A stretch of 32,000 nucleotides of DNA from contig NC_016803.1 in assembly GCF_000189295.2 (NCBI RefSeq), positions 3,690,001-3,722,000 of the forward strand, written 5' to 3'. The position numbers and the translations under genes are program-made. Position 1 is the first letter of the stretch. The number at the start of each line of letters is the position of its first letter. Under the pieces are notes generated by a model. That model was not told the DNA's origin, did no database searches, and saw nothing but the letters and a program-made list of their open reading frames with translations. Source of the stretch: Pseudodesulfovibrio mercurii (GTDB lineage: Bacteria; Desulfobacterota; Desulfovibrionia; Desulfovibrionales; Desulfovibrionaceae). Below are positions 21,253-29,619 of this stretch, in pieces.

Positions 21253-21834
21253 ATGCGCCAGGCCACAGTGGCTCGGACCACCAAGGAAACGGACATCAGA
21301 CTGACCCTGACCCTCGACGGGACGGGGACCGTGAACGTGGACACCGGCATCGGGTTCGCGGATCACATGCTCACCCTGTGCGCCTTCTGGGCCGGGTTCG
21401 ACCTGGACCTGACCTGCCGGGGCGACCTGGAGATCGACACCCACCACAGCCTCGAGGACATCGGGTTGTGCCTGGGCCAGGCCCTGGCCGAGGCCCTGGG
21501 CGACAAGCAGGGCATCAACCGCGTGGCCTCGGCCAAGGTGCCCATGGACGAGGCCCTGGCCGAAGTGGTCGTGGACCTGTCCGGCCGTCCGTACATCGTC
21601 TATGACGACGCGCTCCTGCCCGACTTCATCGCGGGCGACGAAAAGGACGTCTGGCGTGAATTTCTCAAGTCCGTTGCGTACAAGGCGGGCATGAACCTGC
21701 ACGTCAAATTCGAGTACGGCCTGAACGGCCATCATCTGCTGGAAGCGGCCTTCAAGGCCCTGGGCCTGGCCCTGGCCCAGGCGGTCACGGTGGGCCGCAA
21801 GGGCGTCTCCAGCACCAAAGGGAGTCTCGACTGA
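21253..21834 (+). CDS. hisB: Imidazoleglycerol-phosphate dehydratase
   Basis: 'RTTKETDI', '[11 protein letters not shown]', '[10 protein letters not shown]', '[12 protein letters not shown]'. AAGGAG 7 nt upstream of the ATG at 21253. Confidence 0.95.
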   Translation: MRQATVARTTKETDIRLTLTLDGTGTVNVDTGIGFADHMLTLCAFWAGFDLDLTCRGDLEIDTHHSLEDIGLCLGQALAEALGDKQGINRVASAKVPMDEALAEVVVDLSGRPYIVYDDALLPDFIAGDEKDVWREFLKSVAYKAGMNLHVKFEYGLNGHHLLEAAFKALGLALAQAVTVGRKGVSSTKGSLD

Positions 21835-22484
21835 TGAAACGCTCCGCTGTCTTCACCGCACTGGCCCTGCTCTGCGTGGCCCTGCTTACCGTGGCCGGCT
21901 GCGGCAAGACCCGCACGGCGGCCGTGCCGCGCCCCGAGGGCAAGCTGGCCGTGGCCGGGTTCACCAACCCGACCTTCAACTGGGAGCTGCTGGCCGGCTA
22001 CCTTGAGGAAGAGGGCAAGCCCGCGCCCGCCGGGACCCTCGAAACCCTGGACATGATTCTGGTGGACACCCTGCGCGCCCACCAGGTTTTCGACTACATC
22101 ACCCCGGACGCCGTGCGCCAGTGCGAGGACGTGGTCGTGTTCGAGGACTCCGGCAAACCCAAGGTGTCCGCGTGGAAGTACTGGCTCGGCGTGGGCAAGT
22201 GCATCCAGGCAGACTTTCTCCTGGTGCCTCAGTTGACCACCTGGCATGAGCGGGTGGGCAGCGACGCGGGCGTGGAGACCCCGGCCTCGGTGGCCATCGA
22301 CTTCTACCTCATCGACGTCAAGAACGAGCGGATGATCCGCTCCCGCTACGAGGAGACCCAGCAGGCCCTGCTGGAGAACCTCTACAACGCCAAGAAGTTC
22401 GCCGCCCGGGGCGGCAAGTGGGTGACCGCCACCCGCCTGGCCCAGGACGGCATCGACGAGAAACTCACGGAACTCGGCTTATGA
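21834..22484 (+). CDS. Putative lipoprotein of unknown function
   Basis: Signal peptide plus lipobox 'LLTVAGC'. 216 aa. The start overlaps the hisB stop by 1 nt (TGATG) and the stop overlaps the hisA start (ATGA). Confidence 0.7.
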   Translation: MKRSAVFTALALLCVALLTVAGCGKTRTAAVPRPEGKLAVAGFTNPTFNWELLAGYLEEEGKPAPAGTLETLDMILVDTLRAHQVFDYITPDAVRQCEDVVVFEDSGKPKVSAWKYWLGVGKCIQADFLLVPQLTTWHERVGSDAGVETPASVAIDFYLIDVKNERMIRSRYEETQQALLENLYNAKKFAARGGKWVTATRLAQDGIDEKLTELGL

Positions 22485-23209
22485 TTCTCTTTCCCGCTGT
22501 CGATATCAAGAATGGTGAATGCGTCCGCCTGGCCCAGGGCAAGGAGGACGCGGTCACGGTGTTCGCCCCGGACCCGGTGGCCCAGGCGCGCTCCTGGCAG
22601 GACATGGGCGCGCGCTACCTCCACGTGGTGGACCTGGACGGGGCCTTTTCCGGCGTGCCCCGGAATTTCGAGCTGATCAAGGCGATCTGCGCCGAGCTGA
22701 CCATCCCGGTCCAGCTGGGCGGCGGCATCCGCGACATCGCCACGGCCCAAAAGTACATCGAGGCGGGCGTGCACCGGCTGATCATAGGGACCATGGCCCT
22801 GGAGGACCCGGCCCTGTTCTCCGACCTGTGCAAGGCGCTGCCCGGCCGCATCGGCGTGTCCCTGGACGCAGTGGACGGCAAGCTCAAGACCAAGGGTTGG
22901 GTCGAGGACGCGGGGCTGACCATCGACGACGTGCTGCCCCGGCTCGAAGCCGACGGCATCCGCTTCATCGTCTACACGGATATTGCCCGCGACGGCATGC
23001 AGACCGGCGTCAACCTCGACGCCCTGGCCGTCCTGTGCGCCAAGACGACCATCCCGGTCATCGCCGCCGGCGGCGTCCACACCCTGGACGACATCAAGCA
23101 TCTCTACCCCCTGTCCAAGAAGGGCCTGGAGGGCGCCATCTCCGGCCGGGCCATCTACGTCGGCACCCTCGACGTCAAGGAAGCCAACGCCTGGATCGAC
23201 GCCCAGTAA
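22481..23209 (+). CDS. hisA: ProFAR isomerase (1-(5-phosphoribosyl)-5-[(5-phosphoribosylamino)methylideneamino]imidazole-4-carboxamide isomerase)
   Basis: '[16 protein letters not shown]', 'LHVVDLDGA', 'VQLGGGIR', '[14 protein letters not shown]', 'VIAAGGV'. Confidence 0.95.
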   Translation: MILFPAVDIKNGECVRLAQGKEDAVTVFAPDPVAQARSWQDMGARYLHVVDLDGAFSGVPRNFELIKAICAELTIPVQLGGGIRDIATAQKYIEAGVHRLIIGTMALEDPALFSDLCKALPGRIGVSLDAVDGKLKTKGWVEDAGLTIDDVLPRLEADGIRFIVYTDIARDGMQTGVNLDALAVLCAKTTIPVIAAGGVHTLDDIKHLYPLSKKGLEGAISGRAIYVGTLDVKEANAWIDAQ

Positions 23210-23265
23210 AATCGTCGATTTTACTGCCTGCGCACCCGCAGGCCGCAAAAAACAAATCCCAAAAA

Positions 23266-23304
23266 GGCCTTCGACTCGATACCGAGTCGAAGGCCTTTTT
23301 CTTT
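23266..23304. terminator. Bidirectional intrinsic terminator after hisA
   Basis: Perfect 13-bp stem ggccttcgactcg-atac-cgagtcgaaggcc, flanked by aaaaa upstream and tttttctttt downstream. Confidence 0.75.
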
Positions 23305-23652
23305 TCCCATCGGAGCGATTCGGGTGGCGCAGACACCCGACAGCGGCTCTCAACTCATAGTACACCCCAAAGGCCTCTTCATCCCCCTTCAAAAGGATGT
23401 CCTCCGCACACCCCGTCAAAGGCCAACCTTCCACCCCGGCAGGGCCCACCAGCACCCAGCGAGCCCTGTTCGGCCTGGAAGCCGACCGCGAGACGGCGGC
23501 GGCTCCGCTCCCGTGGCCCGGAGGTATTCCTTAAAAGGGGCGTTCCCGTGGAGACTCGCCCTCTACTTTTGCTCGGATGGAGCCGTCCCGAGCGGATCGG
23601 ATTCTCGGCGCTCGAACCCGGGCGGCCGCGCCACGGCCCGGCCCTTTTCTTT

Positions 23653-23686
23653 GGTTCTTTCTTTTGGGCCGGCAAAAGAAAGAACC
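23653..23686. repeat. Perfect 14-bp-arm palindrome
   Basis: ggttctttcttttg-ggccgg-caaaagaaagaacc. Confidence 0.8.
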
Positions 23687-23730
23687 CCGCCGGGAGGGCT
23701 GTTTTAAACCTGGAGGAGCGCCAGCGACGG

Positions 23731-23801
23731 CTCTTTTCTTCTCTCCCTCTTCCTCTTTCTCTTCCTCTTCTTCTTCTTTCCTCTTCCCTCTTCCTTCCCC
23801 C
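23731..23801 (+). repeat. 71-nt uninterrupted homopyrimidine (C/T) tract
   Basis: I read no purine on the + strand from 23731 to 23801. The tract is built from degenerate ctcttcc/ctt units. Confidence 0.9.
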
Positions 23802-23812
23802 GCATCAAGCAC

Positions 23813-23839
23813 AAAAAAAGGCCGCCCCAAGGGGCGGCC
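23813..23839 (-). terminator. Intrinsic terminator of mscS
   Basis: The minus strand reads ggccgcccc-tt-ggggcggcc followed by ttttttt, about 38 nt after the mscS stop. Confidence 0.75.
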
Positions 23840-23876
23840 TTCCATCAATCTTCAGGCTCGCTGCGCCTGCAGCAAC

Positions 23877-24704
23877 CTACTGCTTGTCCGTGGGATACAT
23901 GTGCACGTCCTGCTGAGGGAACGGGATGGAAATGCCCTCCTGGTCGAAAACCAGCTTGACCTTCTCGGTCAGGGCGAAGAACACCCCCCAGTAGTCGCCG
24001 GTCTTGCACCAGGGCCGGACCACGAAATTCACGGAGGAATCGGCCAGCTCGGAGACCTCGATGGTCGGGGCCGGTTCGGCCAGGACGCGCGGCTCTTCCG
24101 AGACGATGCGCTCCAGGGTCTTCTTGGCCTTGAGCAGGTCGTCGCCGTAACCGATGCCGAAGACCATGTCCACGCGCCGGGTGTCGTTGGCCGTGACGTT
24201 GGTGATGGTCCCGCCGAGCACGGCGGAGTTGGGCACGGTGATGACCCGGTTGTCCGGGGTGGTCAGCACGGTGTTGAAGATGTTGATGGCCGTGACCGTG
24301 CCGGACTCGCCGCCCGCGGTGACGTAGTCGCCCTTCTTGAAGAACTTGAGCAGGATGAGCATGACGCCCGCCGCGAAGTTGGACAGGGAATCCTTCAGGG
24401 CCAGGCCGACGGCCAGGCCGGCGGCGCCGAGTACTGCCAGGAAGCTGGTGACGTTGATGCCCGCCTGGCCCAGGGCCGCGATGACCACGGCGGCGACCAG
24501 CGCGTAGTAGGTGATGTTTTTCAGGAACGTGGCCAGGGTCTCGTCCACCTTGGCCTTGATCAGGACCTTCTGGGTCCCGTTGGCTAGGGCCTTGGCGATG
24601 ATCCGTCCGACAACGAATATGAGCAGGGCCACGACGATGCGCAGGCCATACTCCGTGACATAATTGACAATAGTATCCGTCATTTGCGAAATGTTGATGT
24701 CCAT
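23877..24704 (-). CDS. mscS: Small-conductance mechanosensitive channel (MscS family)
   Basis: 'LGAAGLAVGLALKDSLSNFAAGVMLIL' pore helix, 'GDYV..GG.SGTV..I...T.L.T.DN..I.VPNS' beta domain. ATG at 24704 is preceded by GGAGGA. Confidence 0.9.
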   Translation of the reverse strand: MDINISQMTDTIVNYVTEYGLRIVVALLIFVVGRIIAKALANGTQKVLIKAKVDETLATFLKNITYYALVAAVVIAALGQAGINVTSFLAVLGAAGLAVGLALKDSLSNFAAGVMLILLKFFKKGDYVTAGGESGTVTAINIFNTVLTTPDNRVITVPNSAVLGGTITNVTANDTRRVDMVFGIGYGDDLLKAKKTLERIVSEEPRVLAEPAPTIEVSELADSSVNFVVRPWCKTGDYWGVFFALTEKVKLVFDQEGISIPFPQQDVHMYPTDKQ

Positions 24705-24806
24705 GTTTCCTCCAAAGAAATGGGATGTGATCGCGATGTGGGAATGATTAGCACAAGGCAGGGGATATCGAAACAATTTTATTGGGGAAATGGAAAGAAA
24801 TATCGG

Positions 24807-25565
24807 CTACCCGTCACCCCATTTCCCGCGCTCCTCCACGCGGATGTATTTCTGGAAGGTGTAGTAGAATCCGGCCAGGGCATTGCACAATCCGGCGGTG
24901 CCGTCCAGGAAGCCGAGCTTGAGCAGGTAGAGCTTGACGAAGCGCCCCACGGCGTGGAGCAGGGCCCGGCCCGGCCCGCCCCTGCGGCCCTTTTCGCGCA
25001 GGGCGGCCGCGCCCTCCTCGGCATAGTAGTTGATCTTGTCCATGTGCTGCCGGAAGGATTCGTAGGGGTAGTGGAGGATGTCGCCCGAGAGCTTCAGGGT
25101 CTCGCCGCGCGGGTTGAAGTGGTAGTGCGCGCCCGAGGCCGTGACATCCATTTTGCCGTTGCGGAAGACTCGGAACAGGTAGTCCGGGTACCACCCGGAG
25201 TGCTTCATGAAACGGTTGAAATAAAAGGAGCTCCTGGGCACGTAATAGCCCGCCACGGGCTCGTCGGCATCGAGCTTGTCCTCGATGTTGCGGCGCAGCT
25301 CGTCGGTCAGGAACTCGTCCTGGTCCAGGGAGACCACCCAGGTGGTGCCGATCTCGCGCAGGGCGAAGCGGAACTGGTCCACCGGGCCGGGCCAGGCGCG
25401 GACCAGGACCCGCGCGCCGCAGGCCTCGGCGATCTCGCGGGTGCGGTCCGTGGACTGCGAGTCCACCACCAGCAGCTCGTCGCAGAAGTCGAGCGACTTG
25501 AGGCATTTTTCGAGCAGCCGCTCGCCGTTGTAGGTCAGGACCAGGCCGGTCACGGTTTCGCGCAT
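24807..25565 (-). CDS. Glycosyltransferase family 2
   Basis: 'GLVLTYNGERLLEKCLKSL', 'LLVVDSQSTDRTREIA' and 'SLDQDE' (DxD-type), with a C-terminal amphipathic region as in LPS-core GT2 enzymes. Confidence 0.85.
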   Translation of the reverse strand: MRETVTGLVLTYNGERLLEKCLKSLDFCDELLVVDSQSTDRTREIAEACGARVLVRAWPGPVDQFRFALREIGTTWVVSLDQDEFLTDELRRNIEDKLDADEPVAGYYVPRSSFYFNRFMKHSGWYPDYLFRVFRNGKMDVTASGAHYHFNPRGETLKLSGDILHYPYESFRQHMDKINYYAEEGAAALREKGRRGGPGRALLHAVGRFVKLYLLKLGFLDGTAGLCNALAGFYYTFQKYIRVEERGKWGDG

Positions 25566-25620
25566 GGCAAATCTCCTTGGACCCGCGAAGCATAGCCGCT
25601 AACGGCGGCGCGGTCCATCC

Positions 25621-25656
25621 GAAACGAAAAGGCCCCCCTTCGCGCGAAGGGGGGCC
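25621..25656 (-). terminator. Intrinsic terminator of uraA
   Basis: The minus strand reads ggccccccttcg-cg-cgaaggggggcc followed by ttttcgtttc. Confidence 0.7.
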
Positions 25657-25672
25657 TTGGGTGCACGGGTTG

Positions 25673-27037
25673 CTAGAGTTCGGCGGGGTCGTTTTCGGTG
25701 TTGCAGTCCTTGCAGGGCAGGATGAGGTTCAGGACCACGCCCGCAATGGCGCCGAGGCCGATGCCCTTGAGATCGGTGATGCCGACGTTCAGGACCATGC
25801 CGCCCAGGCCGAAGACCAGGATGATGGCCACGATGATCATGTTGCGCGGCAGGAGCAGGTCGAGCTGGGCCCGGACCAGGGTGCTCAGGCCGATGACGGT
25901 GATGGCCCCGAACAGGAGCAGCATGATGCCGCCCATGACCGGCATGGGGATGGTGTTCAGCAAGCCGCCGAGCTTGCCGACAAAGGCGAGCAGCACGGCG
26001 GTGATGGCCGCCCAGGTCATGATGGCCGGGTTGAAGGCGCGGGTCAGGGCCACGGCGCCGGAGACCTCGGAGTAGGTGGTGTTCGGGGGGCCGCCGAGCA
26101 TGGAGGCCAGGGAGGTGGCCAGGCCGTCGCCGAGCATGGTGTTCTGGATGCCGGGGTCCTTGACGTAGTCCTTGCCGGAGATGGAGCCGATGGCCAGGAT
26201 GTCGCCGAAGTGCTCGATGGCCGGGGCGATGGCGATGGGCACCACGTAGAGGATGGCCTCCCAGCTCCAGGTGGGCAGGGAGAAGTTCGGGATGGCGAAG
26301 AGCTTGGCCTGGCTCACGGGGGCCAGGGAGATCAGGGTGCCGTCCATCCACGGGGCCAACCCCATGCCGTTGATCTTGCCGTCCACGGCCGAGCCCACGA
26401 ATTCGTTGTACATGGAGGCGGTCAGGCCGGAGGCGTCCAGGATCAGGGAGCAGACGTAGCCCGCCGCGATGCCGCACAGGATGGGCACGAGCTTGAGCCA
26501 GCCCTTGCCGAGCAGGGAGACCAGGATGGTCGTCAGCAGGGCCACGCCGGCCACGATCATGGACGGAATCTGGGGTTCGAGCCAGACCTGGCCGTTGTGA
26601 CCCATCGCCATGTTCACGGCCACCGGGCAGAGAATCAGGCCGATGAGCATGATCACCGGGCCGGTGACGATGGGGGGCAGGAGCTTGTGCAGGAAGCCCG
26701 CGCCGAAGAAGCGGATGCACAGGCTGATGATCACGTACAGACCGCCCGCCGCGACCAGGCCGCACATGATCTGGGGATAGGTGAACTCGCCCTGCTGGGC
26801 CGCGAAGAGCGGCGGCAGGAAGGCGAAGGACGAGGCCAGGAAGACCGGGACCTTGCCCTTGGTGATGACCTGGAACAGCAGGGTGCCGATGCCCGCCGTG
26901 AACAGGGCCACGTTGGAATCGATGCCCGTCAGGATGGGCACCAGGACCAGCGCGCCGAATGCCACGAAGAGCATCTGCGCGCCGAGCAGCGCGTCCTTTA
27001 GTTTGAAATTGTACTCGGTGGAATGCACGTCACTCAT
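25673..27037 (-). CDS. uraA: Uracil/xanthine permease (NCS2/NAT family)
   Basis: 454-aa polytopic protein with 'GAQMLFVAFGALVLVP', 'VPVFLASSFAF' and 'GDGLATSLASMLGGPPNTTYSE'. ATG at 27037 with GAGGAG RBS. The upstream part of the listed 536-aa ORF overlaps upp and is rejected. Confidence 0.88.
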   Translation of the reverse strand: MSDVHSTEYNFKLKDALLGAQMLFVAFGALVLVPILTGIDSNVALFTAGIGTLLFQVITKGKVPVFLASSFAFLPPLFAAQQGEFTYPQIMCGLVAAGGLYVIISLCIRFFGAGFLHKLLPPIVTGPVIMLIGLILCPVAVNMAMGHNGQVWLEPQIPSMIVAGVALLTTILVSLLGKGWLKLVPILCGIAAGYVCSLILDASGLTASMYNEFVGSAVDGKINGMGLAPWMDGTLISLAPVSQAKLFAIPNFSLPTWSWEAILYVVPIAIAPAIEHFGDILAIGSISGKDYVKDPGIQNTMLGDGLATSLASMLGGPPNTTYSEVSGAVALTRAFNPAIMTWAAITAVLLAFVGKLGGLLNTIPMPVMGGIMLLLFGAITVIGLSTLVRAQLDLLLPRNMIIVAIILVFGLGGMVLNVGITDLKGIGLGAIAGVVLNLILPCKDCNTENDPAEL

Positions 27038-27098
27038 GTTTGCCGACTCCTCTCTTGGTTGCGGAGCCCCCCGACTCCTGTGTTGCCCCTCGGGTCTC

Positions 27099-27125
27099 AA
27101 AAAAAGGCACGCTTTGAAGCGTGCC
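27099..27125 (-). terminator. Intrinsic terminator or attenuator between upp and uraA
   Basis: The minus strand reads ggcacgc-ttcaaa-gcgtgcc followed by ttttttt, 8 nt after the upp stop. Confidence 0.65.
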
Positions 27126-27132
27126 CCGTTGC

Positions 27133-27759
27133 CTATTTGGTGCCGAATATCTTGTCCCCCGCGTCGCCGAGACCGGGGATGATGTAGCCCACGTCGTTCA
27201 ATTTCTCGTCCACCGCGGCGGTGTAGATGTCCACGTCCGGGTGTTCCGTCAGGATGCGGTTGATGCCCTCGGGCGCGGCGCACAGGAACAGCCCGCGGAT
27301 GGACTTGCAGCCCGCTTCCTTGAGCAGCTTGATGGTCGCGTTCAGGGTGCCGCCGGTGGCGAGCATGGGGTCCAGGATGAGCGCCATGCGCTCCTGGATG
27401 TTCTTGGCCAGCTTGACGTAGTACTGGACCGGCTCCAGGGTCTCCTCGTTGCGGTAGAAGCCGACCACGGACGCCTTGGCGCCGGGGATCATGTCGTACA
27501 CGCCGTCGAGCATGCCCAGGCCCGCGCGCAGGATGGGCACCACGGTGACCTTCTTGCCCTTGATGCAGTCCACCTCGACCTTGCCCGCCCAGCCCTTGAT
27601 GATCTTCTTTTCGGTCTCGAAATCCTTGGTCGCCTCGTAGGTCAGCAGGCGGGTGATCTCGTTGGCCAGGGTTCGGAAATGGCTGGTGGAAATGTCGTGC
27701 TGACGGAGCAGACCGACCTTGTGCCGGATCAGCGGGTGGTCAACCAGGTGTAAGGCCAT
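27133..27759 (-). CDS. upp: Uracil phosphoribosyltransferase
   Basis: 'VDHPLIRHK', '[10 protein letters not shown]', '[11 protein letters not shown]' (PRPP loop), '[17 protein letters not shown]'. ATG at 27759 with AGAGAGG RBS. Confidence 0.95.
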   Translation of the reverse strand: MALHLVDHPLIRHKVGLLRQHDISTSHFRTLANEITRLLTYEATKDFETEKKIIKGWAGKVEVDCIKGKKVTVVPILRAGLGMLDGVYDMIPGAKASVVGFYRNEETLEPVQYYVKLAKNIQERMALILDPMLATGGTLNATIKLLKEAGCKSIRGLFLCAAPEGINRILTEHPDVDIYTAAVDEKLNDVGYIIPGLGDAGDKIFGTK

Positions 27760-27930
27760 CTTTGCCTCTCTTTGGGTTTTGATAATATCTACAGAAAGTT
27801 TCAATTGCGCAAAATTTCTTTTTTCTAAGCCGATGCCGGAGGGGGGTCAAGAGCCAATTTTGTCAACGATGAGTGCATAAAATCAATTTGAATTTTACTT
27901 TCCAATGATTCCCGGTATATCACCTTTGTC

Positions 27931-29619
27931 ATGACGAACGAGAAATCCGAACAGCGGTGGGAACGGACCGTGACCCTGTCCGACGCGGGCACCCGGCTGG
28001 ACAAGTTCTGGGGCCGCGAACTGGCAGGGGAGGGCGTCTCCCGGGGCCGGGTCAAGGGCTGGATCGAGTCCGGCCTGGCCCTGGTGGACGGCGAGGTCAC
28101 GACCAAAGGCAACCTCAAGCTGGCCCGTGGCCAGGTCGCGGTCATCCGGGCCGCCGCGCCCGAGGCCGACCCCCTGGGCCCGGCCTCGCCGCCCGAGCCG
28201 GTGTCGGGCGACATCGAGGCCGTGTACGAGGACGAGCACATGCTCGTGATCGTCAAGCCCGCCGGGCTGACCGTGCACCCCGCGCCCAGCGAGCCCGGCC
28301 CCACCCTGGTCAACCTGCTCATCCATCAATGGCCGGACATCGCGGCCGAAAACAGCGGCATGGACCCGCAGCGGCCCGGCATCGTCCACCGCCTGGACAA
28401 GGACACCTCCGGGCTCATGGCCGTGGCCCGCACCGAGTCGGCCCGACTGGCCCTGTCCGCGAGCTTCGCCGGGCACGAGACCTTCAAGGTCTACCTGGCC
28501 CTGGTCCACGGGCGTCCCGAGCTGGCCGAGGGGGTCATCGACGCGCCCATGGGACGCCATCCGACCCACAAGACCCTCATGGCCGTGCTGCCCAAGGGCG
28601 GGCGCGAGGCGCGCAGCGACTACCGCGTGCTCTGGACCGGTCCGCGCGGCCTGGCCTCCCTGGCGGCCGTGCGCATCCACACCGGCCGGACCCACCAGAT
28701 CCGCGTGCATATGGCCCACATCGGCCACCCCCTGATCGGCGACGCGGCCTACGGCCCGCGCGAGAACGCCGAATGGTCGCGGCGGCCCGACCGGCTGGCC
28801 GGGCTGGCCCCGCGCCAGATGCTCCACGCCTTCTACCTGTCCGTGCCCCACCCGGTCACGGGCGAGCCGGTGACCCGCTGGCTGGCCCCGCCCGAGGACT
28901 TCCGCGCGCTGCTCGCCGGGCTGACCCGGGAATGCCTGCGGGTGGGCATCGTGGGCATGCCGGGCGGCGGCAAGTCCGCCCTGCTCAAGGCCTTGCGCGA
29001 CATGGGGCGGCCCTGCTTCTCGGCCGACGAGTGCGTGGCCGGGCTGTACGGGCCGGGCGGCGACGGCGCGGCCATGATCCGGCAGCGGTTCGGCGGGAAT
29101 TACACCCTGGACGACGGGAGCGTGGACAAGCGGGCGCTGTTCGCGGCCATGTGCGCGTCCGAGGGGATGCGCCGGGAGGTCATGGACATGATCCACCCCA
29201 TGGTCCGCCACCAGTGCGAAGCGTTTTTCCAGGCCCATCGGGACGAGCCCGTGGCCTACGCCGAGGTCCCCCTGCTCCTGGAAGGGGGCTGGCACAAGAC
29301 CGGCGCGGTGGACCTGGTGGCCGGGGTGCGTTGTCCCGAGGCCAAGCGGACCGGCGAGCTGCGCGAGCTGCGCCGTCTGCCGCCCGAGGTCCTGGCCGTG
29401 TTCGACTCCTGGCAGTGGCCCGAGGCCGACAAGCTCGCGGCCTGCGACCTCGTCGTGGACAACGACCGGGGGCTGGCCGAACTGGCCGACGGCGCGCGCC
29501 GCCTGGATCAGGCCGCCCTGACCGCCTGGGAGCGGCGCAACCGCGAGGCCGCCGATCGCATGGACGCCCTGTGGCCGGAACTGGCCGCCGAACTCGACGC
29601 CGTGAGGAACCCTGCGTGA
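27931..29619 (+). CDS. Fusion protein: RluA/RluD-family 23S rRNA pseudouridine synthase (N-terminal) and dephospho-CoA kinase (C-terminal)
   Basis: The S4-like N-terminus, 'HRLDKDTSGL' and 'HTGRTHQIRVHM' mark the pseudouridine synthase. From about residue 345, 'VGIVGMPGGGKSAL', 'FSADE', 'IRQRFGG..L.DGSVDKRALF', 'IHPMV' and 'EVPLLLEGGW' mark CoaE. It is one uninterrupted 562-codon frame. Confidence 0.85.
   Translation: MTNEKSEQRWERTVTLSDAGTRLDKFWGRELAGEGVSRGRVKGWIESGLALVDGEVTTKGNLKLARGQVAVIRAAAPEADPLGPASPPEPVSGDIEAVYEDEHMLVIVKPAGLTVHPAPSEPGPTLVNLLIHQWPDIAAENSGMDPQRPGIVHRLDKDTSGLMAVARTESARLALSASFAGHETFKVYLALVHGRPELAEGVIDAPMGRHPTHKTLMAVLPKGGREARSDYRVLWTGPRGLASLAAVRIHTGRTHQIRVHMAHIGHPLIGDAAYGPRENAEWSRRPDRLAGLAPRQMLHAFYLSVPHPVTGEPVTRWLAPPEDFRALLAGLTRECLRVGIVGMPGGGKSALLKALRDMGRPCFSADECVAGLYGPGGDGAAMIRQRFGGNYTLDDGSVDKRALFAAMCASEGMRREVMDMIHPMVRHQCEAFFQAHRDEPVAYAEVPLLLEGGWHKTGAVDLVAGVRCPEAKRTGELRELRRLPPEVLAVFDSWQWPEADKLAACDLVVDNDRGLAELADGARRLDQAALTAWERRNREAADRMDALWPELAAELDAVRNPA

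Noticed and set aside
23324-24587. ORFs in the hisA-mscS spacer (23324-23707 plus, 23379-23675 minus, 23531-23848 minus with a poly-Glu run, 23577-24587 plus).
   Set aside because: They overlap each other and the terminators, and they have no RBS. The poly-Glu/Lys stretch is just the reverse translation of the 71-nt C/T tract. 23577-24587 is antisense to the clearly real mscS.
27038-27283. N-terminal 82 codons of the listed uraA ORF (25673-27283).
   Set aside because: This part would overlap the 3' end of upp and span an intrinsic terminator. The ATG at 27037 has a GAGGAG RBS, and the permease homology starts there.
27957-29615. Upstream 553 codons of the listed 800-aa ORF 27957-30359.
   Set aside because: This is an off-frame read through the rluD-coaE fusion and gives an Arg/Gly/Pro-rich product. 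Rhomboid motifs begin only after the GTG at 29616.
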